DNA of 64,000 nucleotides from Pelagomonas calceolata (Eukaryota): NCBI GenBank assembly GCA_918797485.1, contig CAKKNE010000006.1, positions 124,001 to 188,000 of the forward strand. Reading direction: 5' to 3'. The notes under the pieces were generated by a model. That model was given only the letters and a program-made list of their open reading frames with translations. It was not told the origin of the DNA and did no database searches. Below, one piece after another: positions 46,632 through 57,800 of this stretch (the stretch's first letter is position 1; each line of letters starts with the position of its first letter). Position numbers and translations under genes: made by a program.

Positions 46632-46813
46632 ATTTGCTCCAGAGCCGCTCCTGCTTGCAGTGACCTCAGGTCGATGCTCCGGGGCCTCGGCGTCGCAGGG
46701 TGCACGGAGACCGTTCAGGCGATGCCTCTTGCACTTCTCACAGCGCAGATCTAGCGCTGCGCTTGCCACCTAGGGCCAGCACTGAGCTAACTTGATCACG
46801 GAGGTGTTTTGCT

Positions 46814-46835
46814 CTAGTATGTTACGTGCCGCTAG
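46814..46835 (+). promoter_or_regulatory. CTAG-bounded motif copy
   Basis: ctagtatgttacgtgccgctag; points into the non-coding 46.85-48.28 kb block. Confidence 0.55.
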
Positions 46836-48407
46836 GTGCCCGCGGCATGCAGCCGTTCGAGCATCGTTCGGTTCGCTAATGGTCCAAAGAGACAAATGGG
46901 ACACTTCTTAGGGCGCGAAAAAATTAATTTTTTTAATTCGCGATATTGACGACGCCGCCATGGCGGGCGCGTCGGTGGAATCCTGTCAATTCGTGGTCCA
47001 AAGGTCTCCCCGGAGGCGCCTAGGGTCGGATCTGGTCGCGTGCAATCGCCTACGCCGCCTACGCGGCCGCTTCCAACGTAAGATACATCTCCCAAGGTCC
47101 TTTGCGCTATACCTCTATTGGCCATGATTTGCCAAAGATTTCGATCCAGAGCTCTCTAGGGAGCTCCAAGTACGGGCGCACGCGGCGTAGGCGACTATCC
47201 GACCCCAGACCCATCCCAGAGGGCGTCCGCGAACCGATCTACATCCGAAAAAAGTAAGTAATTTGGGCCCGATGGCGCCCCGTTCCCGTAAAAAACGTCA
47301 ATTACCCGAGGCCCCCCAGGAATCGTAATAGCGGTCTCGTCGGACCCCATACTACCCCACCGATAGTCAACTACGAGTATATGGCATCTACACGCCGAGA
47401 AGGGTACTTTGGGCTGCCGACGCTCGGGTCGTGAACATCTTGATCTGGACCTCGCGCAAGTCGGTTTATCATGGAACAAATGATCGCGTCAAGGTCCATG
47501 GTAATGTTACACGCGCTGATGGTCGCAGGGCCATGTGTAGAGCTTGAATTAATGAGATCGTGGACTCGCGAGTTGGCCGAGCCGCGCGGAGCATCGTGGG
47601 GTCTCGAGCAATGTAGTAGGCGCTCAGCCCGGTTATCTGGCCCGTCCAATTACCGAAGCGCCTGAAACGCAAATTTATTTTATAACTCACCGGTCTGGGA
47701 CCTTTCTGGTGCTCCGTCAACGTACCGTCGTCCGCGGAGAACGGGCAAGTCGGTCGATTGTGAATAGAACAACGGCGTTATGATCCATCTGGGTAGTGGC
47801 GTCGCTGATACTCGCAGGTTTAGGTTCTGAGCCTATTAAGGGATAAACGTGGGGTCGCGGATTCGTCTTTTCGCGCAGCTCTAACGGAGTACATGATCGC
47901 GCTGGCCGATGTCCAGGTGGCCTAGATGGACTCTACCACTAACAAACGGAAGGAAACGAACATAAACGCGAGAGTTGCCTAGTAGAATTCTTCTCCCGCC
48001 CTCCGAGCGCGGGCCGTCGGCTCCGGTTCCGTCGATTGTGTATGAAAACTGGACTGGAGTTGATATAATGTCCTATTCGGACGTTAGATGGCGGCGTCAA
48101 TCGCTGGTGTAGTTTAGCGAGCCGGAAGACTCATCCGCGAATGTCGCGGGCGGTGCCTTCCGGGAGGCGCGAGGGTATGTTCCCGGGCCGCTATTCTGAA
48201 ATCTTTGGTCGCGGCGATCGACTGGGATGTATTCTAAATTTGAGTCATTCTTTTGACGCTATCGAGGCGTATCTTTGGATTTACTAGTATGTCGATATAC
48301 GCTAGCTCGGTTTGGCTCTTCTTTGTATAAACATGGGGGCCCGGAGCAGAATAATCTCGCACCACAGCTGTGAGAATAATGCTACGTATGTACTCGTCTT
48401 TAAACCC

Positions 48408-49325
48408 CTACTCATCGCTAAAAAGCCAATCGGCCAGATCATCAGAGTCGCTGCGGCGGCGGCGGGCGGGCTTCTTGGCGCGGGGCTTCTTGGCCCGGGA
48501 AGGCTTCTTGGCGGCGGGCTTGGCGGATCGCGCCCTCGGCTTTGCCGCCGCGGGCGGACCCGCGGCGGCCGGCCCGGGCCGGGGCGGCGGGAGGTGCCGG
48601 GTGGTCCTGGCGACGTAGCGCGCGACGAGCACGGGCTTCGTCCCGTCGTACGGCTGGCCGAGCTCCACGAGCTTGATCCGGAGCTGGTCGACCGTGAGCT
48701 TCTTGGCCGCCCGCGTGGCGGCGGCGCGGCGCTCCTCGCCGAACGGGTCGTGCCGGTTCAAATTCTCCTCGGCCCGCGCCAGGAGTCGCGCTGTCGCCTC
48801 CCGTGACGCCTCGAGCACAAGCGCATGAAGTTCGTCGTGCTCTTGGTCGTGGAGCACGACCAGGGCGTTCTGCACGTACGTCCGCACGCGCTCCTTCTCG
48901 TCGGACGCGCAACCCTCTAGCAGCTGTTCTAGTCCGTCGGGACCATCGTAATCCCCTAGCTCGTCGATGGTGACTTGTGCCGCCTCCGACGCGAGGAAGA
49001 AAGGACTTGGCGTGTGCGTGACGTAATCAATGCTCAGGCGCGCCCCCATCCTGCTCAGCTCACCGAGCGTCGTCGCGCGCGAGATAAGTAACGGGGGGTC
49101 TTGGCGTAACAAATGTCGCCGAAAAAAATCGGCTTGGGGGTCTCGTTGGTCTTCGTCCAACCCGGTGATCTGGTCTCGCATCTGCCGTTGTATCTCTCCA
49201 GACAACGTGGGTCTGTCCTCGCTCTGGAGGATTCTCCAGTAAACGTCGCGGACCGATCGCGGCGGCGGCGCGATCCGCGTCTGTGCGGGCGGCGGCGGCG
49301 CGTCTTGCGACGTACTTTGGCCCAT
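48408..49325 (-). CDS. Hypothetical SAP-domain protein
   Basis: LTVDQLRIKLVELGQPYDGTKPVLVARY fits the SAP consensus; Lys/Arg-rich tail. Confidence 0.7.
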   Translation of the reverse strand: MGQSTSQDAPPPPAQTRIAPPPRSVRDVYWRILQSEDRPTLSGEIQRQMRDQITGLDEDQRDPQADFFRRHLLRQDPPLLISRATTLGELSRMGARLSIDYVTHTPSPFFLASEAAQVTIDELGDYDGPDGLEQLLEGCASDEKERVRTYVQNALVVLHDQEHDELHALVLEASREATARLLARAEENLNRHDPFGEERRAAATRAAKKLTVDQLRIKLVELGQPYDGTKPVLVARYVARTTRHLPPPRPGPAAAGPPAAAKPRARSAKPAAKKPSRAKKPRAKKPARRRRSDSDDLADWLFSDE

Positions 49326-49514
49326 GTCTCTCTTTGTGGAGCGCTTTGCCTCCCTGTGCCTCCTGCCCAGTGTATAGTTTCTACGGCTTGGAAGGGTAGT
49401 ACGTTCCAACACGTGGTGCGCTGCGCTGCGCTGCTTGCGTGAGGCTACGAAAGCACCTTGGCGGTGTCTGCGTTGCCACTAGCCGCACAGATGGCCAAGG
49501 CGCCTCGGTGGCCG

Positions 49515-49535
49515 CTAGCGGTTGTAACATACTAG
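49515..49535 (-). promoter_or_regulatory. CTAG-bounded motif in divergent intergenic region, 190 bp upstream of ATG 49325
   Basis: ctagcggttgtaacatactag. Confidence 0.6.
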
Positions 49536-49661
49536 CAACTCGAAGCCGGGGCAGTTTTTGCCTGCTTTTTTGACCGAATTATTGGCTATTGGTCGCCGGA
49601 AAGTTGCTGCTGCCGCAACTTGAGGACTGCCAGCTTTGCTGCGAGCTTTTGGCCACAAACA

Positions 49662-50795
49662 ATGGACCCACCGCTGCCACCGGGCTGGTCCGCTGCCCGC
49701 GACCCCGCGAGCGGTCGCACTTATTACTACGAGCATAGCACACGACGAACAGCATGGTCACGGCCAGCGCCGGCTGCCTCGGAGGAGGCGGAGGAGCTGC
49801 CGCCTGGCGTCGAGAGATCAGCGGGCCCGGCAGCGCTACCGCGGCCCGCCCCGGCCTCTTCCGCCGCCGCCGCGCCACGCGCTGCCGCGCCGCATACTGT
49901 CGCCAGGCCAGACGCGGCGGCCGAACCCGTCGCGGAGACGCGCGCCGCAGCGCCAACACGCAAGCACCGCCTCAACACGGCCTGCACCTTCGTCATCGCA
50001 CCGGGCGCCAGCGGCGCGAACTTCTGCTACGAGTTGACGGAGTGCCTGCGTCGATTGGGACACGCCACGGAAGTCGAGAGATGGCACGGGGCCTACTCGA
50101 AGGACATAAAGCGGAACGCGGACCGGCTCGAGCGTTTTGCTAAAGAGGCTGCGGCGGCGTCGGGTGAGGGGTGCCGCGTACTGCTCGTGGGCGACGGCTA
50201 CGGCGGGAGAGTCGTCGCCCACCTGCTCGCGCGCTGGGCCGCCGGCGAGCCGCCGCCCGCGAACGTCTTCGCGGACGCGGCGCTGCTCGTCGGCTACCAG
50301 CTCTACGGCGCGGCGCCGCCGCGCAATAGCGGCGACGACCGCCTCGCGTTGCTGCAGGCCCTGCCGGCGTCCACGCGGCTGCTCTTCGTGAGCGGCGAGA
50401 AGGACGAGTTCCTCGACCGGACGAAGGGCGGCACGGCCTGGCGCGACGTCGGAGCGGCGCGCGGCGTCGCGGCGCTGCGCGCGGCGGCGGCGGATTTGCC
50501 CTGCGCGGCGCACGCCACCGTGGTCGGCATTGAGAACACGGGCCAGCAGCCGCTGCGCGCGGGCCGCAAGCGCACGGAGCCGGCGAAGGCGCTCGTGCTG
50601 CGGGCCCTCGCCCCATTCGTCGACGCGTTGGCCGGCGTCGTCGACGACGACCGGCGCTTGAAGCGCCTGCGCGCCGACCCCGACGACGCCCTCGCGCGCG
50701 CCGACGACGACGAGGCGGCCGACGGCCTCACGCGCGCCCACGACCTTGAGGCGGTCGCCGAGGGCGAGAAACGCGGTGCGTATGGGTACAACTAG
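49662..50795 (+). CDS. WW domain + alpha/beta-hydrolase (Tex30/KANSL3-like) protein
   Basis: LPPGWSAARDPASGRTYYYEHSTRRTAWSRP; APGASG, LVGDGYGGRV, LLVGYQL, LLFVSGEKDEF. Confidence 0.75.
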   Translation: MDPPLPPGWSAARDPASGRTYYYEHSTRRTAWSRPAPAASEEAEELPPGVERSAGPAALPRPAPASSAAAAPRAAAPHTVARPDAAAEPVAETRAAAPTRKHRLNTACTFVIAPGASGANFCYELTECLRRLGHATEVERWHGAYSKDIKRNADRLERFAKEAAAASGEGCRVLLVGDGYGGRVVAHLLARWAAGEPPPANVFADAALLVGYQLYGAAPPRNSGDDRLALLQALPASTRLLFVSGEKDEFLDRTKGGTAWRDVGAARGVAALRAAAADLPCAAHATVVGIENTGQQPLRAGRKRTEPAKALVLRALAPFVDALAGVVDDDRRLKRLRADPDDALARADDDEAADGLTRAHDLEAVAEGEKRGAYGYN

Positions 50796-50842
50796 CTAAG
50801 ATTTTGATGTGAAATCACGGGTGTCAGCAAGCCGTCTCCTTG

Positions 50843-50864
50843 CTAGTGTCTTACAGGCCGCTAG
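50843..50864 (+). promoter_or_regulatory. CTAG-bounded motif, 198 bp upstream of ATG 51062
   Basis: ctagtgtcttacaggccgctag. Confidence 0.65.
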
Positions 50865-51061
50865 CATCGAGAAGGTATTTCCATCTTGAAAGTCAGCATC
50901 CGCGAGGTTTCCGAGCTTGGGGGTGGAAGGTGGTCAGTATCATTATTAAACAATTGCGTGGCATCGATTGAGATAGCACACGAGCCCTTTGCGCGTACAG
51001 ATAACTCACCCAAAGTTGGACCTAGCCCTTTAGCAAATCCAGCGCTCGCTCGCGGTGCATC

Positions 51062-52676
51062 ATGACGCGCGACATCAAGTACTTAGTGCTCGCCCTCGCC
51101 ATGGCCGCGACGGCCGGCGCAATCGCGCCGCCATCCTTGCGCGGCGTCAAGGACGCCTCGGGCGCCGAGACCGTCGGCGACACGTTCGAGATGTCGCTGG
51201 CCAAGGCGGTCGACACGACGCCGAAGCTACGTGGCGCCGCTGAGAACGACGCTGCTCACAGGCGGGTTGGTCGCGGCCTAGACTTTGGTTACCGAGCCCG
51301 CGAATGCCCGGAGCTCGACGTGCCGGACGAGTGCCCGGGCGACGCGACGGGCCTGAGAAGGTGCGACGAGGTGCTCTCGCCGCTGGAGGTTTACTGCGTC
51401 GGGGACGCGTCGACCTGCTCGGATCCGCGTCTATAGGAGCTCCCTTCGCCACGCCATCGTAAAATGCGAGGCCCGCGCAGGCCCAGACATGCCGGCGAGC
51501 GACTGCCTCGCGCATTTTGGCGGAGACGGCGGCCGTCGGCGCCTAGATGCGACTAGCCCGGCGCCCACGCCTGCGCCTCTCTATGTCTTTGCGGTGCGGC
51601 AGCCGACGCCCGCGCCGACGCCGGCCGAGCCCACCGCCAAGCCGACGGGCGATCCGACGCACAAGCCCACGGCCGCGCCTGCGGCCGCGCCTGCGGTCGA
51701 GCCGACGGCCGAGCCCACGGCCGCGCCTACGACGGCCGAGCCGACGGCAGCGCCTACGACGGCCGAGCCGACGGCGAAGCCGACGGCGGAGTCTACGGCC
51801 GGGCCGACGGGTCAGCCGACCGCGTCGACGCCAGGCCCGACGCCCGCGCCGACGCCGGAGGGCACATTCTCGTATGGCTACTCTCTCTCGTATGGATACC
51901 AGACGGACGCGCCAACGCCCGTCAGCTATTGCCACGGGACGGAGTACGCTGACCCTCAGTCGTGCGGCGACGCACCGTTCCCTGCGTGCGAAGGCTACCA
52001 GACAAGTTCGGGGTACGGCATGGGCTACCCCTGCGTGCCGGGCCCCGAGGGCAGCGACGAATGCACGGCCTCCTCGGACCCGTGCACGTTGCCTACGACC
52101 GCCCCGACGCTCTCGAAGGCGCCGACGGCCACGCCGGCGCCGACGGCGGCCCCGACGCCCGTGTGCGTGTACCCCGAAGACCAGAGGCGACTGGAGTCCG
52201 GGAGCGACGAGCGCCTGGGAGGTCGCGCCGAGTTCCTCGGTCCGGCGCCGGATTACTCGCGAATCGTCAACGGTGGCGATGCCATCCAGGGCAATCAACC
52301 GTGGATGGTGGCGCTCTTAAGAACTGGCCCCGGGCTTAAAGATGGCACTGGTAGCTACTACGATAGGCATTACTGCGGCGGCACCTTGATCCATCATTCG
52401 TGGGTCCTGACGGCGGCCCACTGTATTGTGACTCCTCACAGCACCAAAATGTTCCCCACTACGGTCGTCGTCGGCGCGTACGACCTTACCGATTGGCAAA
52501 ACGAGGGAGACACAGAAATTCCAGCGCCGGAAGAGAGAGTAGTGAACGACGTGCTGATCCACGAGAAGTACTACGAAAACCCAAAGTTGACCGACGGGAG
52601 TCAAGATCCCGACGCTGACGGCTCCAGTTCCACTTCCAGCTTTCCTTCTTCTTGTCCAACACCGCCACCTTTGTAG
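51062..52676 (+). pseudogene. Secreted mucin-like/trypsin-family protease, frameshifted and truncated
   Basis: Signal peptide; 1-nt frame shift near 51427; PTAAP repeats; RIVNGG, PWMVAL, CGGTLIHHSWVLTAAHC; stops before the catalytic Asp and GDSGGP Ser. Confidence 0.7.
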
Positions 52677-52899
52677 CACATACTTTACACGTCGGCGTGT
52701 CGAGGAGGCAATAGAGTCGTTGACTACGACCCATAATCTTCGGCACCGACACAAACGCCCCCGCCCGACCCAAGGTCGCGCGGGCCCGCGCCGTACGCGG
52801 CCGTCATCCCTTGTCTGCTCCCCGTCGCAACGGTCTCGGACGCGCTAGCCTAAGAGACCTCTCGCTCGTAAATGAAACAGTCCTTAAGCGCCCGAAAAC

Positions 52900-54147
52900 C
52901 TAGGCCGTGTAGAACGCGAAGTCCGTCGAGGCCTTGTTCACGTGCTTCTTGTACGCCGCGTCCAAATCTTTGGGCAGGACGACGTAGCGGTTCTCGCGCA
53001 CCGCATGTAAACCGGCCTCGTTCGCGATGGCCGAACAGTCCGCCGCCGAGACGCGCTCCGGCCGGTTCACGTAGTCCTCGAGGTCTACACTGTCCGCGAG
53101 GTTCATGTTCGCCGTGCATGCCTGCAGCACCAGGCGCTTCTGCCTTCGATCCGGCGGCGGGAACTCGATCTTCCGGTCCAACCGCCCCGGTCGGAGCAGT
53201 GCGGGATCCAAGGTATCCGCCCTATTGGTGGCCATGATCACTTTCACGTTCGTCGCTTGATCAAACCCGTCCATCTGGTTTAGTAATTCAAGCAAGATGC
53301 GCTGGACCTCCCGATCCGCGCCCGTCTGCGCGTCGAAGCGTTTGGTAGCGATCGCGTCGATCTCATCAATAAAAACGATGGCCGGCGCGTTCTCCCGCGC
53401 TAATCTAAAGACGTCGCGGACCATGCGCGGCCCCTCGCCCAGGTACTTCTGGACGAACTCGCTACCGACCACCGATATAAATGATGCTGTCGTGGAGTTC
53501 GCCACTGCTTTCGCCATCATCGTCTTCCCGGTTCCGGGCGGCCCGTACATGAGCACGCCTCGCGGCGGATCGATGCCGATCTGCCTATACAACTCGAACT
53601 GCGTCAAAGGCAATTCGACGGCCTCGCGCATCTCCTGCTTCTGCACGTCGAGGCCGCCGATGTCCTTGTAGGACACTTTCGGTTTTTCCAGCATGAGTTG
53701 TACGGTAGAATCGGACTCGGGCGGCAACACGTCTACCACACTATGCGAGTGTCTATGCAAAGCTACAGAGGAATTCGGCTTGAGCTTTTCTCTGTCTAGA
53801 GTGGATAGTACTCGTACATAATAAACGGACCCAGCAGTAGAAGAAGCAATACTATAGGTCCCGTCGACCATCTCGTTGAACTGGCCGATGACCAATGGTA
53901 CAGATTGGATCCTTGCTACTTCCTCTTTGGCCCTTATAAGTTCTCTTTTGAGGTTCTTGATCTCGTCCTTGACGTAGCGCTCCTGCACATCTAGGAACGC
54001 TAATTCGCCCTCCTTCTGCTTGAACAACGCATATAAATCACCTTCTGGTATTGCTGATTTAGGTTGGGGCATGAGCTCCTCGTCCTTGGGCCGCGGCTCC
54101 TTGACGTCGACGTCCATGGCGGCGGGGGCGGTCGCGGCGGCGGCCAT
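52900..54147 (-). CDS. RPT3: 26S proteasome regulatory ATPase subunit 6B
   Basis: [63 protein letters not shown]. Confidence 0.97.
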   Translation of the reverse strand: MAAAATAPAAMDVDVKEPRPKDEELMPQPKSAIPEGDLYALFKQKEGELAFLDVQERYVKDEIKNLKRELIRAKEEVARIQSVPLVIGQFNEMVDGTYSIASSTAGSVYYVRVLSTLDREKLKPNSSVALHRHSHSVVDVLPPESDSTVQLMLEKPKVSYKDIGGLDVQKQEMREAVELPLTQFELYRQIGIDPPRGVLMYGPPGTGKTMMAKAVANSTTASFISVVGSEFVQKYLGEGPRMVRDVFRLARENAPAIVFIDEIDAIATKRFDAQTGADREVQRILLELLNQMDGFDQATNVKVIMATNRADTLDPALLRPGRLDRKIEFPPPDRRQKRLVLQACTANMNLADSVDLEDYVNRPERVSAADCSAIANEAGLHAVRENRYVVLPKDLDAAYKKHVNKASTDFAFYTA

Positions 54148-54800
54148 TTTTTTGGTTTTTTGCTCTGATCCGCGCGCGCGCTCGCGGCGGCTCAGGCGGC
54201 GCGCGTCGGCGGCGCTCGCGGGCGCAGCGACCTCGACTGAGCTTGCTGGCCTGGTGCGCGGCGCGGCTCAGCGCGGTTTTACAGACGCGAGCGCTGGGGG
54301 CGCGCGGCGACTTTAAGCAGTCCTACGGGTTCCGCGGCGGCACAGCGGTGGCGCAGGAGCCAAAAGAGCGGACTTGGTCCAAGCGGACGAAACCCGCACG
54401 AAAAAGCTAAACGCGTCTTCCCGCGAAGCAGCCCGTCCCCCGGCACGGGTCTCCGGTATTACACGGGACTGAGACGACTCTGCAACCTCCCTCATTTTCG
54501 GGGGCTGACCAACCTCGATCGACGAGGTGGATGCGTGGGCCATCGACTGGTGTTGAGTAACGTGCAACGCCGAGTCGAGCAGCGTACCGTATCTCTGAGA
54601 AGCGTTCGCACGCGCAGCAACAGCTTCGCTGCGTGCGCCTGACGCTCACGAAGCTGCATCGCCTCATTTCTAGATCCAGGGCAGCGACGCCGCCGCTGCG
54701 CGCGCAGCACTGAAACAGAGGGGCCCGCGGGGCGACCTCTCGTGCGAGGCGATCAGCTAACCTGCGACACGAATCGGAAGAGGCCGCTGAAATAGCTCCG

Positions 54801-57800
54801 ATGTCACTCCTCACGACGTTACTCGCGAACGCGGAGGCCTTGGCCTTACTAGCCACGGCCGCCGCCGTCGCGACAGCCGACGGCAGCAGCATCTTAGGCG
54901 CGTCGCTCTTCGGCAGTCTCTGCGTGGCGGCTATAAGACCAACCTACGGCGACGCCTCTGATGTGTACGCGACGGTCGGAGTCATTGTGTGCGCCGTCGG
55001 CGCGTTGAGCGGCGGCGCCGTCGCGGCGCTCGCGCCGCAGAAGGTGACGGCCGTGTCGGCCGCGGGCCTCGTCGCGTTGCCACTAGCTCTACTCCTCGAG
55101 AAGCACGGCAAGTGCCCCGACAGCGGCATCGCGCCGGACGCCTCCGGTTCTGTACTAGGCGCCTTGCTCATTACCATTTTATGTGGCGTGGCTTTGTACC
55201 TGGCGGAGAGAGATCCGAGACGGGACGCCCAGGTGAAGAGGGTGGCGCACGCCCTAGGAGCGGGCTGGTTCGCGGCTCTAGCACTAGATGTCTCCTTGGC
55301 GAACGGCGCGGCGTTGTGGGTCCACGCCGTGGCCGTTGCGAGACCAGGAGACGTCCCCGGGCCGGACTTCGTGAAATATACCTTCAATGAACTTTGGGCC
55401 TGTTTGGTCTGGGCGGGCATCTCATCCATTGTGTATGCGCTGCGGCCCGCCACCAATAGGATCGGCTCATTACGAGCGGCGGCGATGCCGCGGTCTTCCG
55501 ACGTGCGGAGGGACGACGGCCGCGCGTCCGACGCGGCGACGCACCAGCTCCACCTCGTCGCCGCGCGGACGCAACACTTCAACCTCTTCGACCCGCTGAA
55601 GCTGCCGCCCGCCCTCAAACGCTTCTCGTCGAAGACCTTCGCGTCGGCGGAAGCGCTGGGCAACTTCTTCGGGCTGCAGGACGACAACGTCCGGAGCCAG
55701 GTGCGTACTCGGCGTCCTTATTTTTCGCGTCGACGGCGTCGCGTCGACGGCGTCGCGTCGATGACGTTGTGACGCCATCGTGCCGTCAGGGCGCGCGCGC
55801 GCAAGATAGAGAGAGAGCACGCCAAGACGCCGGAGCGCTGCACCATCGTGCCGTCGGGACGCGAGCACACGACAACAAAAATCAACGCAGGCCGAGCACG
55901 CCCTGATGCTCTTCGCGAATGCATTAGCAAGGCAAGCGCCCGGCAAATCATCAATCGACGAGGCCGACGAGCAGGCGGCCAAGGCCGTGCACGCGAAGTT
56001 GTTCGAGAACTACCGGCAGTGGTGCTCGTCGCTCGAGGTCGAGCCCCACTTCTCGAAGGAGATCGACGAGTGCGGTGGGGTTTATGGGGACGTGGTGCTC
56101 TGGTTATGTGTGTGGGGCGAGTGCGCGAATCTGAGGCACCTCCCGGAGTGCGTCTGTTACTTGTATCATAGCGCGGCGGGCGAGTGGGCCGCCTGCGAGG
56201 TGCACGAGCGACAGGGTGAAAGAGGGGCGTCGTTGTATCCCGGACATTTTTTGGACACAGTAGTGTCGCCGATATATGATGTGATAGCCCAGCAGATGCG
56301 CCTGAAATGTGATCATATCAGTAAAAAGAATTATGATGATTTCAACGAGTTCTTCTGGTCGAAAGATTGTCTGAGATATCATCGCTCGCCGGTCGCGACG
56401 GAGACGGCCGTGCGGGCCCACAAACGGCGCTCGGATAAAGCGCGGCAAAAGTCCATGCACGAAGGTACCAGCCTCTATGACGACTCGACCTTCCCGCCGC
56501 CCGTCCACAGTGCCTTGTCAGGAGCTCCTAAAACTTATATGGAGGAAAGGACGTGGCTCCACGTGGCCTTCGCCTTCGGTAGGGTCTACGAGTACCACGC
56601 TCTGTGGTTCCAGGTGCTGGCGACGTTTGGCTTTGCGACTTATCTCGTGTGGGACACGGCCTACGCTATGCAAGTCTACTCCGGGTTATTTATTGCCATC
56701 AACTTGTATGCTTTGCTGAATGCGTGTCTCGAGGCGAAGCTACTAGCACCCGCAGCGGACGACGTGCAACGCGGCGCCCTCGCGACGAGGATAGCGGGTA
56801 GATACGCCTGCTTCGTCTACCAGTGCATGTACCTGAGCTGGGCCTTCGACGCGAACGAAGTATTACCGAGGAGTCCCGTGAGAAGTTTGGGTCGGACCAA
56901 TGCCTTTTGGTGGTGGCAGTACGTGTGGCTGTCGCTGATCCCGATGTGCATTTATGTGACCGAGGCTTGCTTACAACTGTGGCCGCGGGCCCTGACGTCG
57001 ATCTACGAGTCTGGTGCGAACAGTGACATCTCGCGGGCGTTGTTAGCGGTCTTCCTCCCTCGCTCCACGAACTACGTGGGCAAGAACGTCCACGAGCCGC
57101 TGGCGATCGCCCGGACCTACCAACTGTACTGGCTCATACTCGTCAGTTGGAAGCTCATTTTTGGCTATCAATTTTTAGTCAAACCGATGGTAGCTCCGAC
57201 GATCCAAATCGTCGACGACTACCTGAACTACCCCCAGATTTCCGGAAGAGGCCTGAAGACGGCTTCTCAGTTAATAGGAAGGTGGGCGCCGCCCTGTTTG
57301 ATCTTCTTAATTGATAGCAGTATATGGTACTCGCTGGCGTCCTCAGCTGTTGGAGTCTACGTGGGCTTCCGGGACAAGCTGGGTATCGTGCGGGACTTCC
57401 CCGCGCTGCGGGATGCGTTCCTGTTATTACCGACGAATTTCTGCGCGAAGCTCGTGCACGGCGTCGCGGAAGAGGGCCTCGCGGACCGGACGCCCGCGTC
57501 CCCGTCTCCCGGCGGTCTGAGATTTGCGCCGGGCGACGACCCTCGAGTACGAGAAAGTACGTCGTGCCTCTACCAGACGGTGTGCGGCGACGACGATCCT
57601 CAAAGACCTTTTAGTCCGAGAAGGTTAGGTGATGCCACCACACCACCTACGTCGTCGTCAGATCTCGCCTCGACGTTGGGAGCGGCCTCGGCCTACGGCG
57701 GCGCCCTGGCGCCGCGCCTCCCGTCCTTCCTGTCGATGGCGGACGCGCTCGACTCGCCCCCGGACACGGCGCGGCGAGGTTTGCTGGACTTGTTGGAACA

